Source: Laetmonice hystrix
Lineage: Eukaryota
DNA: 64,000 bases
Assembly: GCA_965235115.1 (NCBI GenBank)
Contig: OZ249436.1
Span: 43,030,001-43,094,000 of the forward strand
Direction of reading: 5' to 3'
Shown here: one piece after another, positions 52,307 through 64,000 of the stretch
How the letters are laid out: the number at the start of each line of letters is the position of its first letter
Position numbering within the stretch: the stretch's first letter is position 1
Notes under the pieces: generated by a model
What the model was told of the DNA's origin: nothing
Database searches by the model: none
What the model saw: the letters and a program-made list of their open reading frames with translations, nothing else
Program-made: the position numbers and the translations under genes

Positions 52307-55300
52307 ATGCTTCACGAACTACTTCTCGCTCTCAGTGGTCATCCTGGGGCTATCTACGCGAGGAATGAGCGGGGTCAGATAGAGGTGAGCGGAAAAAACC
52401 GCGGAAAACACCGGTTCGACGGTGGCATGGTGGGTGTCGCGGTCCCGTGGATGAAGAAGGGGGGGGGGGGGGGGGGGGGGGGTAGGTAGGCCGACTGACT
52501 ACCCGGGCCGGAGAGGTCAAACTGTGGAGATCTGAGACCGCGACGCCGGCCAACTTAGCGCGAGGCCGCGTTCACTCATCCTACCTTTAAAACTAAAAGC
52601 CATAGGTCAGGGGCGGATCGAGGGGTGAATTAGACTGAATAGGGTGGGTGGTTAGCCACCCCCCGTCGAGCCTGTTTTTTATTTTTTTTTGCTGGTCACT
52701 TTTGACATTTAATTTAATACAGCATTTTTTGCTCCAAAACGCACCAAATTGCACCTTAATTTTAAAAAAATTTTGAGGTGTCCCAGACCCCCAGCAAGGG
52801 TTCACGCCTGCGCTCGACCTATGCAAGGCTCCTATAGCCACATACCCCCATGAAAAAAATCCTAGATCCGCACCTGATAGTAGTAGCAAATTGGTAGTAG
52901 TAGGCATATAATCTACATAGTAATACAGTAGTACACTGTCAGTGTCACTGAATGATACAAGCGAAACCATACCGGCAACAGTCACACTGAGCGGAGCTAC
53001 GAGATGTGCACCGTAGAGTACTTTCACAGCACCAAACCCTGTAGAAGAGGTATCTCTACAAGATCCCGTCCCTGCTCCGATGGAGGTGGACGACACAAAA
53101 CCGCCGAAGACCTGTGAGATAGTCCCAGTGTCATCCCAGCATGGAAACTGAAAGCTCGTCGACCGTGATGGGTGTACACTTACACTGTGAAATGTACGAC
53201 GGGTGACTGTACCACCTGGAGATGCACTGTCCGAAACAAGACCACCATCTGTAGGTCCACAGTCCAACAGAGAAACAATGTTTTCATCCCTGGTCCCCAG
53301 CCCCACTGCCACAAACCTGCAGGCCCCGGTGTATCGAACACACTCAAAGTTTCAGCTGACGTCTGGACAACAGCCATAAAACAATTGTATGGGTCAGCTG
53401 GCAGCATTGTGCACAATGTCCTCCTACATCACCACACTGATGAGATCCTGTGCCCATCCCTTCCCAAGCCAGTCAACCTACGCCGCCAGGCCAACTGGAT
53501 GAGACAGCTAGAAGACATGCTCTGCTGCCACTACCAGCATCAACTTTGCCCTGGACACCAACCACATACCCTACCACTTCCTTCAGTGGGATGTCCATGT
53601 CGGAGATCAGCACCATCTTTAGACCCAGTCAAATTCCGTGATCCTTGCCAGGAAATTCCGTTTTGAATTTTAAAAATTCCGTTTTTTTTCCGTTTTAGTA
53701 TTTTCTCAGTATACAGGGTGTCCCAAAAAATGCACAACCATATCTGCACACCTGTCACATTTGCGAGTCCAGTCTGTTTGCTCTAAGAAGAGCTCGAGCA
53801 TATTCATGACCCTCCCACCCCACTCCTCTAGAGGGTGCAGCCAGGCCAACCCAGGTCCCAGCTACAATGTATACGGTCGACTGGGGAATTACCAGTAGTA
53901 AAAAAGACGTTTTCCGTCATTTTCCGTTTTACACTGGAAATTCCGTTTCAAATAGTAAATTCCGCGATTCCGTCCGCGATTCCGTGATCGCGGAAATTGA
54001 CTGGCTCTACATCTTGTCTTTGCCAGTCCCCACATGCTATCACTCCTCTCCCGTGCTCAGCGCTGGTATACCGCATTCAAATGGATACCGCATTCAAAGT
54101 TGTCCCGCAGCCATTTACACAGCTGTTTAGTGTCCATGCTTTTTTGAAATCTGATGGAGTGACGAAGCAAGTTCCCCTTGCCTTTGCGTTGATGTCTGGC
54201 CACCGGCAGCGAGAGTACACAGGGTGCTGAGGGCCATCATCGACGTCCTCCCAGCTGCTCCTGCAGTCCTAGAGGTTGTTGCCGACTTTGAAACTTCAGA
54301 AAGTGCTGTGTGGCATGCGTTTGCCAAGGTTCTGCTAGATGCCATGATACGTGGATGTGTATTCCACTGGATGCAGTCCATCTGGCATCAGGTCCAAGAG
54401 CTTGGCCTCACTACAGCATATACAAACGGAGCACACCCGTACATCTGCCAGCTGATGGCCCTCCAGTTCCTCCTCCATGAGCACATTCCAGCCATCTTTG
54501 AAGACCTCGCCCCTGATATCACCACCCCCGCACTGAAAAACATCCGAACCACCTGGATATGGCGTCTTCTGTCTGAACTGTTGCATCATGGTTAGTCTTC
54601 CAGCAGTGCGGACCAACAATGACGTTGAAGGATGGCACCAGCGGCTTAACCACCATGCTAAGTCACCAATCTACCTCCTGATCCACCTGCTCTATGAGGA
54701 GTCTCAGCTGGTCTCCCTGCAAGCCAAGCTTGTATCTGAGTGCACACTACATTAACACCACCGGAAGAAAGAATATGTCATTCTCAAGCCAATAGTGTAA
54801 CATCAATGCCTCACCTTGACAACAATATCCCCCTTGTCATCCTCTGGCCCCAACTTGACAACGGCATCCACCTCTTCATCCTCTACCTGCATCAATTTCA
54901 CCATGACTTCAGCTTTGGCCTCATAAGGTGCAGTGGCATCAGAGTAGGGGGACAGGGGGGTAATCCCCCCACCATTTCAGATTATTGTTGTATTTTTTGG
55001 TTGCTAGACAGATTGTTGGAGGGTTATACTGGGCTGAGGCTAAGTTGGTATGATGCTAAGTTGACTGAATCCCCAGGTGAACAAGGTGCTGTTGTTGTGG
55101 TTTATGAGATAGGGACGGCAGAATCTGCATCCTGCCCTTTCACCTTGGTCATCCACAAAGTTGTGATGTGTTAGCTCTTGTTAACGAACTGTTGTGTTTG
55201 AATGCAATAACAGGTGGTGGGAGATCTACCTTTCATTCACGCGACGGAGACTGTACTCCTCAACCGTATCTGTCTACTGGCCACTCACTATTCCAAGTTC

Positions 55301-58300
55301 ACGTCCTTCATCCAACAGTATGGAAACCCTCCGGGCATTGGTGAGTTCTCCTAAAACAATCTCATTTATTTCTCTATTAAATGCAAGAGCTGGGAGTTGA
55401 TTAAGAATGAAATAATAATTTAATTACAAAATGATTTGAAAAGACTTTTTTCTCATTTCAATGACTCCAAAATGCAGACATGGGTTGATATGTTAAATAA
55501 GCTCTTAGACTACATAAATCAATAAATGTATACCCACAGAAATGGAGAAATCTAATGAAATTCAACATTCAAATTGTTGACATGGCATTGACTTGGACAG
55601 CCAGTCAAATTCATTGTGCGATGAACTGATGAATTTATCTCATAGAACTTTATCTGTTGACAGTTGGTGCTACAGTTAGGCTGAAGGGCCTGTACCTGAG
55701 GGCGTTTTGTGAGGGTCTCTCCAGTGTCCTCGATCCATACCGGAGTGCTCTCCTTGACCTGGAGCAGGACCTCCTAACAGACCCCCATCTTACTGCTGCA
55801 CACATTCAGTCATCACTAGAAGAGGTTGGTTTCAAAAAGTCCACTTCATCACAAATCCTCATACAGATATCTTTGAAATTTAGCAAATTAGTAAAATTGA
55901 GCATGATATTTTATCAAAGGCATAGATTTTAATCCTTGCCAGAATCCACCTAGAGAGATTTTACAGAAAATGTTGACTGTTTGTGAATGTATTGACAGTA
56001 CCAGCAGCTGTTCCCAGCTCTGACGGAGCTCCTTGACCAAGTTGAACATCACAAGGTAAATAGTGTTTTATGACCTGTATCATTGTAACGATTCAAATGG
56101 AGCATGCTATGATCCTTTCATACAGCAAGGTGTTATGACGTGACAGTTGTTGACAGTTTTGCTTTTTGACGACTTTTTCTCAACTTTCATGTTTGGTTTT
56201 TACACAGGTTCATGGCTGCCATCTATTAGAGGTTGTTCACAGAGCGTCAGAGTCCGGGATACCTGTCGTTAACAATGCCATACTGCGGTCAGTCTCACAC
56301 TGACTTATAAAGTCAACTTGATATAATATTTGTGCAGTGACTGTCTTTTGAAAAACCTCTTACCTCTGGGTTCGAATTCTCTGAGGCCTCCGTACAGTTG
56401 TAGTAACGTGGAGGATGACTTGGTGTATGTCGGTTACCCCCTTTTGTCGTGCAGTGGACGTTATGATGTTGTTTTATTTGTTGGACAGGATTTTACATGT
56501 CTGCCACGTGGTGCTGTATAAACAGCTAGCTGCGTGGATGCTCCATGGTCTACTTAATGACCACTACAGCGAGTTTTTTATCCAGCGCGTGGAGAATGTG
56601 GCCCCGTCCCCACCCTCGGCCACCGAGGACGAGGACATCGGACTCGGGGGCATCACGAGTGGACAGCTACAAAAAATGTTGGTCAGTGGTGCCATCTTGT
56701 AAACTCTGCTAGCTAGTATCTTCTTGACATGGCAGGATTGTTATGGTTTTTGCTGATTGTGTTGTAATTGAATCATGGAAGACTGAGTCAAGCTTTATTT
56801 ATAGTTAGACATTACTGTCAATGAAACAGGACCGCCAATCCTCTGCAGTTGTTGAGAGGATGCAAACCTTTGAAGTTTCCATATGAGCCAGGAGGTTTGT
56901 CCATGCCAAAATATAAATATGTTTTTTGACAGTTTTCACTTTTCTGCAGATGATGACAGAGTTAGGGAAGGAGCGAAGTTATGAACTGTTTGCGCTGAGA
57001 GCAGAGATGCTGCCGTCCTATATTCCTGGACGGGTGGCAGAGAAGATTTTGTTTGTTGGAGAATCAGTTCAGATGTTTGAAGGCAAACAGCAAGGGAAGC
57101 ATTCCAAACATCGAGGTAAATTTATAATACATGGGATTTTATATATTTATAAAATATATGAAATTTTCTTTATAGTATTGAACTTTTTATGTGCATCTTG
57201 TGTCATCGGAATAAGAACTGTTGACTTATTTCATGTATGGATGAAGAAAGGGAAAATGGACTCGTTCTGAACTAACCAGAGCTGTTTTGATTTTTCTAGG
57301 ATCCATTCTCAAACAGCATGCAGATATATTTGCTAAGAAGTTACAAGAATTGTCAACACATCCCAACTTCTCACTGCGACAGTTTGAGGAGGTCATTGAT
57401 GAAATCAGGTTGTTCGTTGCTGAGGTATGTCGCTAGCCTTACTACTTCATTTCCATTCAAGTCACAGCTTTTTCATTCACATTTATTAAAATCATTGATG
57501 AAATCAGGTTGTTTGTTGCTGAGGTATGTCGCTAGATGAAATCAGGTTATTTGTTGCTGAGGTATGTCGCTAGATGAAATCAGGTTGTTCGTTGCTGAGG
57601 TATGTCGCTAGATGAAATCAGGTTGTTTACAGTTGCTGAGGTATGTCACTAGATGAAATCAGGTTATTTGTTGCTGAGGTATGTCGCTAGATGAAATCAG
57701 GTTGTTTGTTGCTGAGGTATGTCACTAGATGAAATCAGGTTGTTTGTTGTTGAGGTATGTCGCTAGATGAAATCAGGTTGTTTGTTGCTGAGGTATGTCG
57801 CTAGATGAAATCAAGTTGTTTGTTGCTGAGGTATGTCACTAGATGAAATCAGGTTGTTTGTTGCTGAGGTATGTCACTAGATGAAATCAGGTTGTTTGTT
57901 GCTGAGGTATGTCACTAGATGAAATCAGGTTGTTTGTTGCTGAGGTATGTCACTAGATGAAATCAGGTTGTTTGTTGCTGAGGTATGTCACTAGATGAAA
58001 TCAGGTTGTTTGTTGCTGAGGTATGTCACTAGATGAAATCAGGTTGTTTGTTGCTGAGGTATGTCACTAGATGAAATCAGGTTGTTTGTTGCTGAGGTAT
58101 GTCACTAGATGAAATCAGGTTGTTTGTTGCTGAGGTATGTCGCTAGATGAAATCAGGTTGTTTGTTGCTGAGGTATGTCACTAGATGAAATCAGGTTGTT
58201 TGTTGCTGAGGTATGTCACTAGATGAAATCAGGTTGTTTGTTGCTGAGGTATGTCACTAGATGAAATCAGGTTGTTTGTTGCTGAGGTATGTCACTAGAT

Positions 58301-61300
58301 GAAATCAGGTTGTTTGTTGCTGAGGTATGTCACTAGATGAAATCAGGTTGTTTGTTGCTGAGGTATGTCACTAGATGAAATCAGGTTGTTTGTTGCTGAG
58401 GTATGTCACTAGATGAAATCAGGTTGTTTGTTGCTGAGGTATGTCGCTAGATGAAATCAGGTTGTTTGTTGCTGAGGTATGTCACTAGATGAAATCAAGT
58501 TGTTTGTTGCTGAGGTATGTCACTAGATGAAATCAGGTTGTTTGTTGCTGAGGTATGTCACTAGATGAAATCAGGTTGTTTGTTGTTGAGGTATGTCGCT
58601 AGATGAAATCAGGTTGTTTGTTGCTGAGGTATGTCGCTAGATGAAATCAGGTTGTTTGTTGCTGAGGTATGTCGCTAGATGAAATCAGGTTGTTTGTTGC
58701 TGAGGTATGTCGCTAGATGAAATCAGGTTGTTTGTTGCTGAGGTATGTCGCTAGATGAAATCAGGTTGTTTGTTGCTGAGGTATGTCACTAGATGAAATC
58801 AGGTTGTTTGTTGTTGAGGTATGTCGCTAGATGAAATCAGGTTGTTTGTTGCTGAGGTATGTCACTAGATGAAATCAGGTTGTTTGTTGCTGAGGTATGT
58901 CACTAGATGAAATCAGGTTGTTTGTTGCTGAGGTATGTCACTAGATGAAATCAGGTTGTTTGTTGCTGAGGTATGTCACTAGATGAAATCAGGTTGTTTG
59001 TTGCTGAGGTATGTCACTAGATGAAATCAGGTTGTTTGTTGCTGAGGTATGTCGCTAGATGAAATCAGGTTGTTTGTTGCTGAGGTATGTCACTAGATGA
59101 AATCAGGTTGTTTGTTGCTGAGGTATGTCACTAGATGAAATCAGGTTGTTTGTTGCTGAGGTATGTCACTAGATGAAATCAGGTTGTTTGTTGCTGAGGT
59201 ATGTCGCTAGCCTTACTACTTCATTTCTAGTCACAGCTTTCTCATTCTGGGGCCGGTTTTACTAAAGGTCCGTATTTAACGACGTCGCTAATTTAACATA
59301 GAAGTGAATGGTTGCTAGGTCGTTATTTTCGACCTAGCAACCCATTCACTTCTATGTTAAATTAGCGACGTCGTTAAATACGGACCTTTAGTAAAACCGG
59401 CCCCACAGTCATTAAAATCAGACCTGGCTGAAGTTGTTGAAATTTGCAGGGAATGATACTAATGATTTGTAACCTTGTTTACTTTAATTTGGATTTATAA
59501 TGAGATGTGCTTTTTTTCTTTAAGGATCCGATTTTCAGGTTGAATTATTTTTTGCACCATGCTGTAATGAATGCGACAGCGTTGATGATTGGATGTTATG
59601 CTAATGATTGACAGCAACTGTGGAAGCTCGTTGTGGAGGAGGCAGCCTTGGTGACCCACCTCCGGACCATGAAGGAAGTTTTCCTGCTAGGTCGTGGAGA
59701 ACTATTCTTGGCATTCATTGACCAGGCTCATCGACTGCTCCGGGACCCGCCCAATGGAACCACTCAACACTGTAAGCTTCAACCCAACAATTTCAGGGCG
59801 ATTTTTCTGAAAACTTTACGCCTCCCTTTAGCTCAAGCTTCATGCCTGGCTGGTTGCAGTAAACCAACCAATCAGAAGCGTTAAGTCTGACATGTGCTCG
59901 ACCAGTTTTAGGCTGCATTGAAGAAAAACGTACATGTAAATCATGAGATGTAGTATGAAATCTTTTTCCCAGGAGGGTTTAAAGATCACCTTGGTTTTCT
60001 GCGAGTCTACAATGGCCATCATTCAAACCTGAGGTTTCATTACAGATGCCAACTTGGCCCTACAGCAGGCTGCTCGCAATGTTTTACTGGACGAGGACCA
60101 TGTGTTGAATAAAGTCACGCTGCTCGTCAATCTATCCAAGACACAACAATCTGAAAACAGTAAGTAACGCAAAGTTATGAATTAAAGAAAAACTAAAGTT
60201 GACCATAGGCGTAGGAAGCTGTTTTTGGTTGGGGGGGGGGGGGATAATCCATGCCCACCGTAGGTGGGCTCTGTCGGGAGGTCTGGGAGCCCCTTAGAAA
60301 TTTTTTTTTCAGGAATGCCGGAGACGCCTTTTCTGATCATTTCGGAGCAAAAACACACTTCAGCTCCCCCCCCTCCACTTTTGATATTGAGGGGGTTGAT
60401 GCCCCCCCAGTTCCTATACCTATGTTGAGGTATGTGATTTTCAAGAGATGCACTCCCATATTTGGGGGAGCTGCTCCCATGTGGCTACTTCTCGTTATGA
60501 GAGATAAGTTTTGTTGTAATTGTGTTTTTAGAAGGCGGGACAGCTGAAGACACAACACCGACCAGTGAGACTGGGTGGAACGCACTGAGTCTTAACTACA
60601 ATGTGGACTGGCCTCTACACATACTCTTCACCCAGTCAGTCCTTGATAGGTCAGTAAGCACCACTGGATGGTTCACAGACACCAATCTATACAGTCTCAT
60701 GGTGACGAGGGCCCATTTTGTAAAAACTTAGAATCTTGCTTAAGCTTTAGGCATCTGATTGGCCAGTCTGCTTAGATCAGCCAATCAGAAGCGTTAAGGT
60801 TAAGCTTAAGCAAGGTCTTAAGTTTATAAAAACTGGGAGCAAGCCTTACTCGGCTAGTTTTCTGAATGGATTTGTAAACTTTTTCTATAGATGAAGCTAG
60901 GAAATGATTGAAAGTAAAAACTATGTTTAGATTTATAGTGCCAGAAAATGATCTCCTTGAAGAATAAGCTCTTGCCTTGTACATAAAAAAAAATATGTGA
61001 GCTGGTCCATTTTTAACCTTTGAATAACATGCGGATTGTTTGCAGGTACAACACCATGTTTAAATTCCTGTTGTTTGTGAAACGGACCCAGCTTGAGTTA
61101 CAGCAGTGCTGGTCCCTGCAGATGCAACGGCGCCACCTGGAGGATGGTAGAGCAAACAGCAGGAAATGGTGGCTTCGTAACCACATGGCGTTCCTGGTAG
61201 ACAACCTCCAGTACTACCTGCAGGTGCTGGTTTTATTACGTGAAAGTCTTTGATGAGTTGTTATGGCTGGATTGTTGATTAAATATATCTTTACTGGGAC

Positions 61301-63513
61301 TAATATCTGTAATGCCTTATATCTGTAATTATGGGAAAGATATTGGACTAAGTTATAAGACAGGCATTCATTTGTATCTGTTACCTTTTCCTGTATCTTA
61401 TTCGGGATAATATTTATAAGTAATGATCTTTACTTCTTTAGTTATTACTGTGAATTACTCTGAATACACTGGAGAGTTTATAGACCTCATCATGAGTTCG
61501 AACTTCCCCCCCGCCCCAGATTATTCCGAGGACCTCTGCGGTGTTCTGTGATGGTGTATCTGGTCTCTTGTTTTCGTCAGGTGGACGTGATCGAGTCTCA
61601 GTTCAGTATTCTCTTGGAGAAAGTGGAGACAACGCATGACTTTGAGGCTATCAAATTCGCCCACGATCACTTCCTCACGGCGCTGCTCAGTCAGGCTTTC
61701 CTGCTCATGAAACCCGTACGTCATTTTACCTTTTGTGTGCCGCCGAGAGAGAAATAGCAGGGATTACTAGTATTTTTGTACTGTCAGGCACTGATGAGAA
61801 GGTGTAACCTTAGTAATGGTCTCTTACAGATCGCCCACTGTCTGAACGAGATCCTAGAGCTCTGCCATGCCTTCTGTGTGCTGCTCACCCAGGCCGAGTC
61901 ACAGCTGTCTGACCGAGAGACGCAGCATCTGGAAACCATCACCAAGGTATGCTTCGTTTATTGACAGTCGAAATACATGTGTATATCCTGACACGTGTAC
62001 AGGAGGTGGCTCCCCCTATGTTTGTGGACCCTGACTCCCCCAGTACAGGAGGTGGCTCCCCCTATGTTTGTGGACCCTGACTCCCCCAGTACAGGAGGTG
62101 GCTCCCCCTATGTTTGTGGACCCTGACTCCCCCAGTACAGGAGGTGGCTCCCCCTATGTTTGTGGACCCTGACTCCCCCAGTACAGGAGGTGGCTCCCCC
62201 TATGTTTGTGGACCCTGACTCCCCCAGTACAGGAGGTGGCTCCCCCTATGTTTGTGGACCCTGACTCCCCCAGTACAGGAGGTGGCTCCCCCTATGTTTG
62301 TGGACCCTGACCCCCAGTACAGGAGGTGGCTCCCCCTATGTCTGTGGACCCTGACTCCCCCAGTACAGGAGGTGGCTCCCCCTATGTTTGTGGACCCTGA
62401 CCCCCAGTACAGGAGGTGGCTCCCCCTATGTTTGTGGACCCTGACTCCCCCAGTACAGGAGGTGGCTCCCCCTATGTTTGTGGACCCTGACCCCCAGTAC
62501 AGGAGGTGGCTCCCCCTATGTTTGTGGACCCTGACCCCAGTACAGGAGGTGGCTCCCCCTATGTTTGTGGACCCTGACCCCCAGTACAGGAGGTGGCTCA
62601 CCTATGTTTTTCAGGGTCCGCCAAATCCCACAGAAATGTGGTTGCCCAGTGGGCAACCACAAATTCAAAAGTGGTGGCCCGACAAATAGAACTGGTTGCC
62701 CAGGATTTTTTGGTTAAATATAAAGAAAAGCTTTGATTCACACAAAAATAATTTTATTTGCCTCAAAACTTTTTCACAACCCTACCTTATGGCCATCAAG
62801 ATGGCGATAGCCTGGGTTATCTGTCAGCCAGTGGTCTATTGCAGTGTCTGGGTCAAAATCCTCAAACTTTGGCCCATCAACTGCAAACGTTATTTGGTCC
62901 ACTGACTCTGAACTGTCAGCACCAACATCACTCAGTCACTCTAATGCTCAGACGCTGGCTGCCGGCAACACATAGGCTTCAGTCCAACCCCAGGGCCAGG
63001 CACACATGATGTCATTTGACATGTACTGATGTAGTCGCCCAACGGGCGACCAATCAATTTAATCCAGTTGCCCGGACCGAAATTCTGGTTGTCCCGGGCG
63101 CTCGGTCCCTCGATTTGGCGGACCCTGGTTTTTGGACCCTGACCCCCCCCCCCCCTCCAGTACAGGAGGTTGCTCCCCTATATCCCTAAGGTTTACCTAT
63201 CCTTAATATGCTGGTAATGTCATCGTGATCTTCATAGTTGCAGAAAAGTATTCGAGGACATTTTGTGAGACATTGAAGAGACCATGTTGATGTCATGAAT
63301 ATCATTAGTTTCTTTGGTTAAAAACTATTATGCCGAAATATTTCTGGTTTATGACAAAAGAGTTTCCAACGGCAGTCGTCCCTCCTCTTCAAGATCTTGT
63401 CAAGTGTTCGAAGACACCAGTCTGGACCACACCTTGCACAGCTCCTATTGAGGATTGACTTCAATAAATACTTCACCAGTGCCGGCGGACAGCTTGGCAG
63501 GTCAGATTGTTAG
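52307..63513 (+). CDS. TUBGCP4: Gamma-tubulin complex component 4, about 650 aa, at least 15 exons
   Basis: Exons 52307-52384, 55214-55340, 55664-55824, 55999-56055, 56208-56287, 56489-56681, 56950-57115, 57300-57424, 59615-59771, 60046-60159, 60532-60649, 61046-61223, 61581-61715, 61830-61946, 63361-63500. The frame then either reads to TAG at 63511-63513 or splices to a short last exon. Motifs: MLHELLLALSG, GLYLRAFC, MLPSYIP, FLLGRGELF, WPLHILFT, MAFLVDNLQYYLQVDVIESQFS, LAQLLLRIDFNKYF. Confidence 0.96.
52608..52876. mobile_element. MITE with CAGG(G/T)GCGGATC TIRs
   Basis: CAGGGGCGGATC ... GATCCGCACCTG. Flanks ATAGGT/ATAGTA form an imperfect TSD. Confidence 0.55.
53050..54790 (+). pseudogene. 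Decayed Mutator-like (MULE) transposase with a FLYWCH-type Zn finger, in TUBGCP4 intron 1
   Basis: Fragments KLVDRDGYTY...WRCTVRNK...C...PHCH, VVADFE...IRGCVFHWMQSIW and RTNNDVEGWHQRLN. Multiple stops and frameshifts, and a nested MITE. Confidence 0.85.
53620..54009. mobile_element. hAT-like MITE nested in the MULE, 6-bp TSD
   Basis: TIRs TAGACCCAGTCAAATTCCG / rc TAGAGCCAGTCAATTTCCG. TSD CATCTT at 53614-53619 and 54010-54015. Confidence 0.8.
57398..59210. repeat. 38-bp minisatellite containing the TUBGCP4 exon 8 donor
   Basis: Unit GATGAAATCAGGTTGTTTGTTGCTGAG|GTATGTC(A/G)CTA = 27 nt of exon + 11 nt of intron. About 45 units from about 57497. Confidence 0.97.
59248..59405. mobile_element. 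Near-perfect 158-bp palindromic MITE (Harbinger-like GGGGCC termini)
   Basis: TGGGGCCGGTTTTACTAAAGGTCCG...CGGACCTTTAGTAAAACCGGCCCCA with a short loop. The empty site is visible in the local duplicate at about 57475-57495. Confidence 0.85.
60204..60424. mobile_element. MITE with CATAGG(C/T)(G/A)TAGGAA TIRs
   Basis: CATAGGCGTAGGAA ... TTCCTATACCTATG. Flanks TTGAC/TTGAG. Confidence 0.5.
60708..60840. mobile_element. Degenerate palindromic MITE of the same family as 21067-21167
   Basis: GGGCCCATTTTGTAAAAACTTAG...CTTAAGTTTATAAAAACTGGG. Confidence 0.5.
61997..63182. repeat. 46-bp minisatellite CAGTACAGGAGGTGGCTCCCCCTATGTTTGTGGACCCTGACTCCCC, interrupted by a MITE
   Basis: About 14 units up to 62611. 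The array resumes after 63128. Confidence 0.95.
62612..63127. mobile_element. hAT-like MITE, 6-bp TSD
   Basis: Perfect 16-bp TIRs CAGGGTCCGCCAAATC / GATTTGGCGGACCCTG. TSD GTTTTT at 62606-62611 and 63128-63133. Confidence 0.85.
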
Positions 63514-64000
63514 GAAATATTTCAAGGGTTTTTGATGTAGATGTAGAGCCACCGAAATCGAGCTTTACTTATTTGTCATAGATACTAATAATAGTGCCGA
63601 GCCTTTTTATAACTGAGCAGTCACATTACGGGAGACGACATAAACATTGAGTCATGCTCTTTAGATGAGTTTGGGGATATTATTATGATTAGGTAGAATG
63701 AGAAGTTTTAACAAACATGTTGTTAACGGGCTAGATGAAGTTGTTATGGTACATTGTCAACACAGAATAGATTAACTGTTTTTAGAGAGGTCTTCCATTT
63801 GTTGTGTTTTTTTCTTGCCGTGTCATGATGGCAGGCGTTGATCACAGTGCTTCATGACAGACTGTAACAGGTTTTGTAATGCAGCACTCATGGAAAGTTA
63901 CACCGACTAGGGGTGGTGGTTGGGTGGGGCGGAGGGGTGGGACAAACAAAGTAATGTCAAATATGTTTGTATTAATGAAACGATGGGAGGATTCTGCTTT

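Noticed and set aside
62200..62689. Repetitive 133-aa and 145-aa ORFs
   Set aside because: Translations of the 46-bp intronic minisatellite.

Overview
This is animal genomic DNA (probably a marine invertebrate), AT-rich, with spliced genes and many repeats. It holds five gene loci whose exons I rebuilt by hand from splice signals and reading-frame phase. (1-2) A tandem segmental duplication (~5159-14420 and ~14646-21810) carries two copies of a 3-exon, His-rich multi-pass membrane protein of unknown function. The distal copy is intact (549 aa); the proximal copy has a 40-bp frameshifting deletion. (3) An atypical calpain on the minus strand has 14 coding exons (760 aa): a Cys-rich N-terminus, CysPc, two domain-III/CBSW modules, no penta-EF hand, and one GC-AG intron. 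(4) An FBXO33-like F-box gene (minus, 455 aa) lies head-to-head with (5) TUBGCP4 (plus). Positions 1-5158 are a tandem run of Helentron-like elements with 146-bp, CRE-rich internal satellite units. Introns contain TIR transposon derivatives (Kolobok-like TTAA, PIF/Harbinger, hAT-like with 6-bp TSD, a decayed MULE) and many minisatellites. Four different minisatellite families are built from real exon-intron junctions, giving arrays of decoy splice sites. The very long ORFs at 30-33 kb are minisatellite artefacts. All family names come from motif recognition, not database searches.
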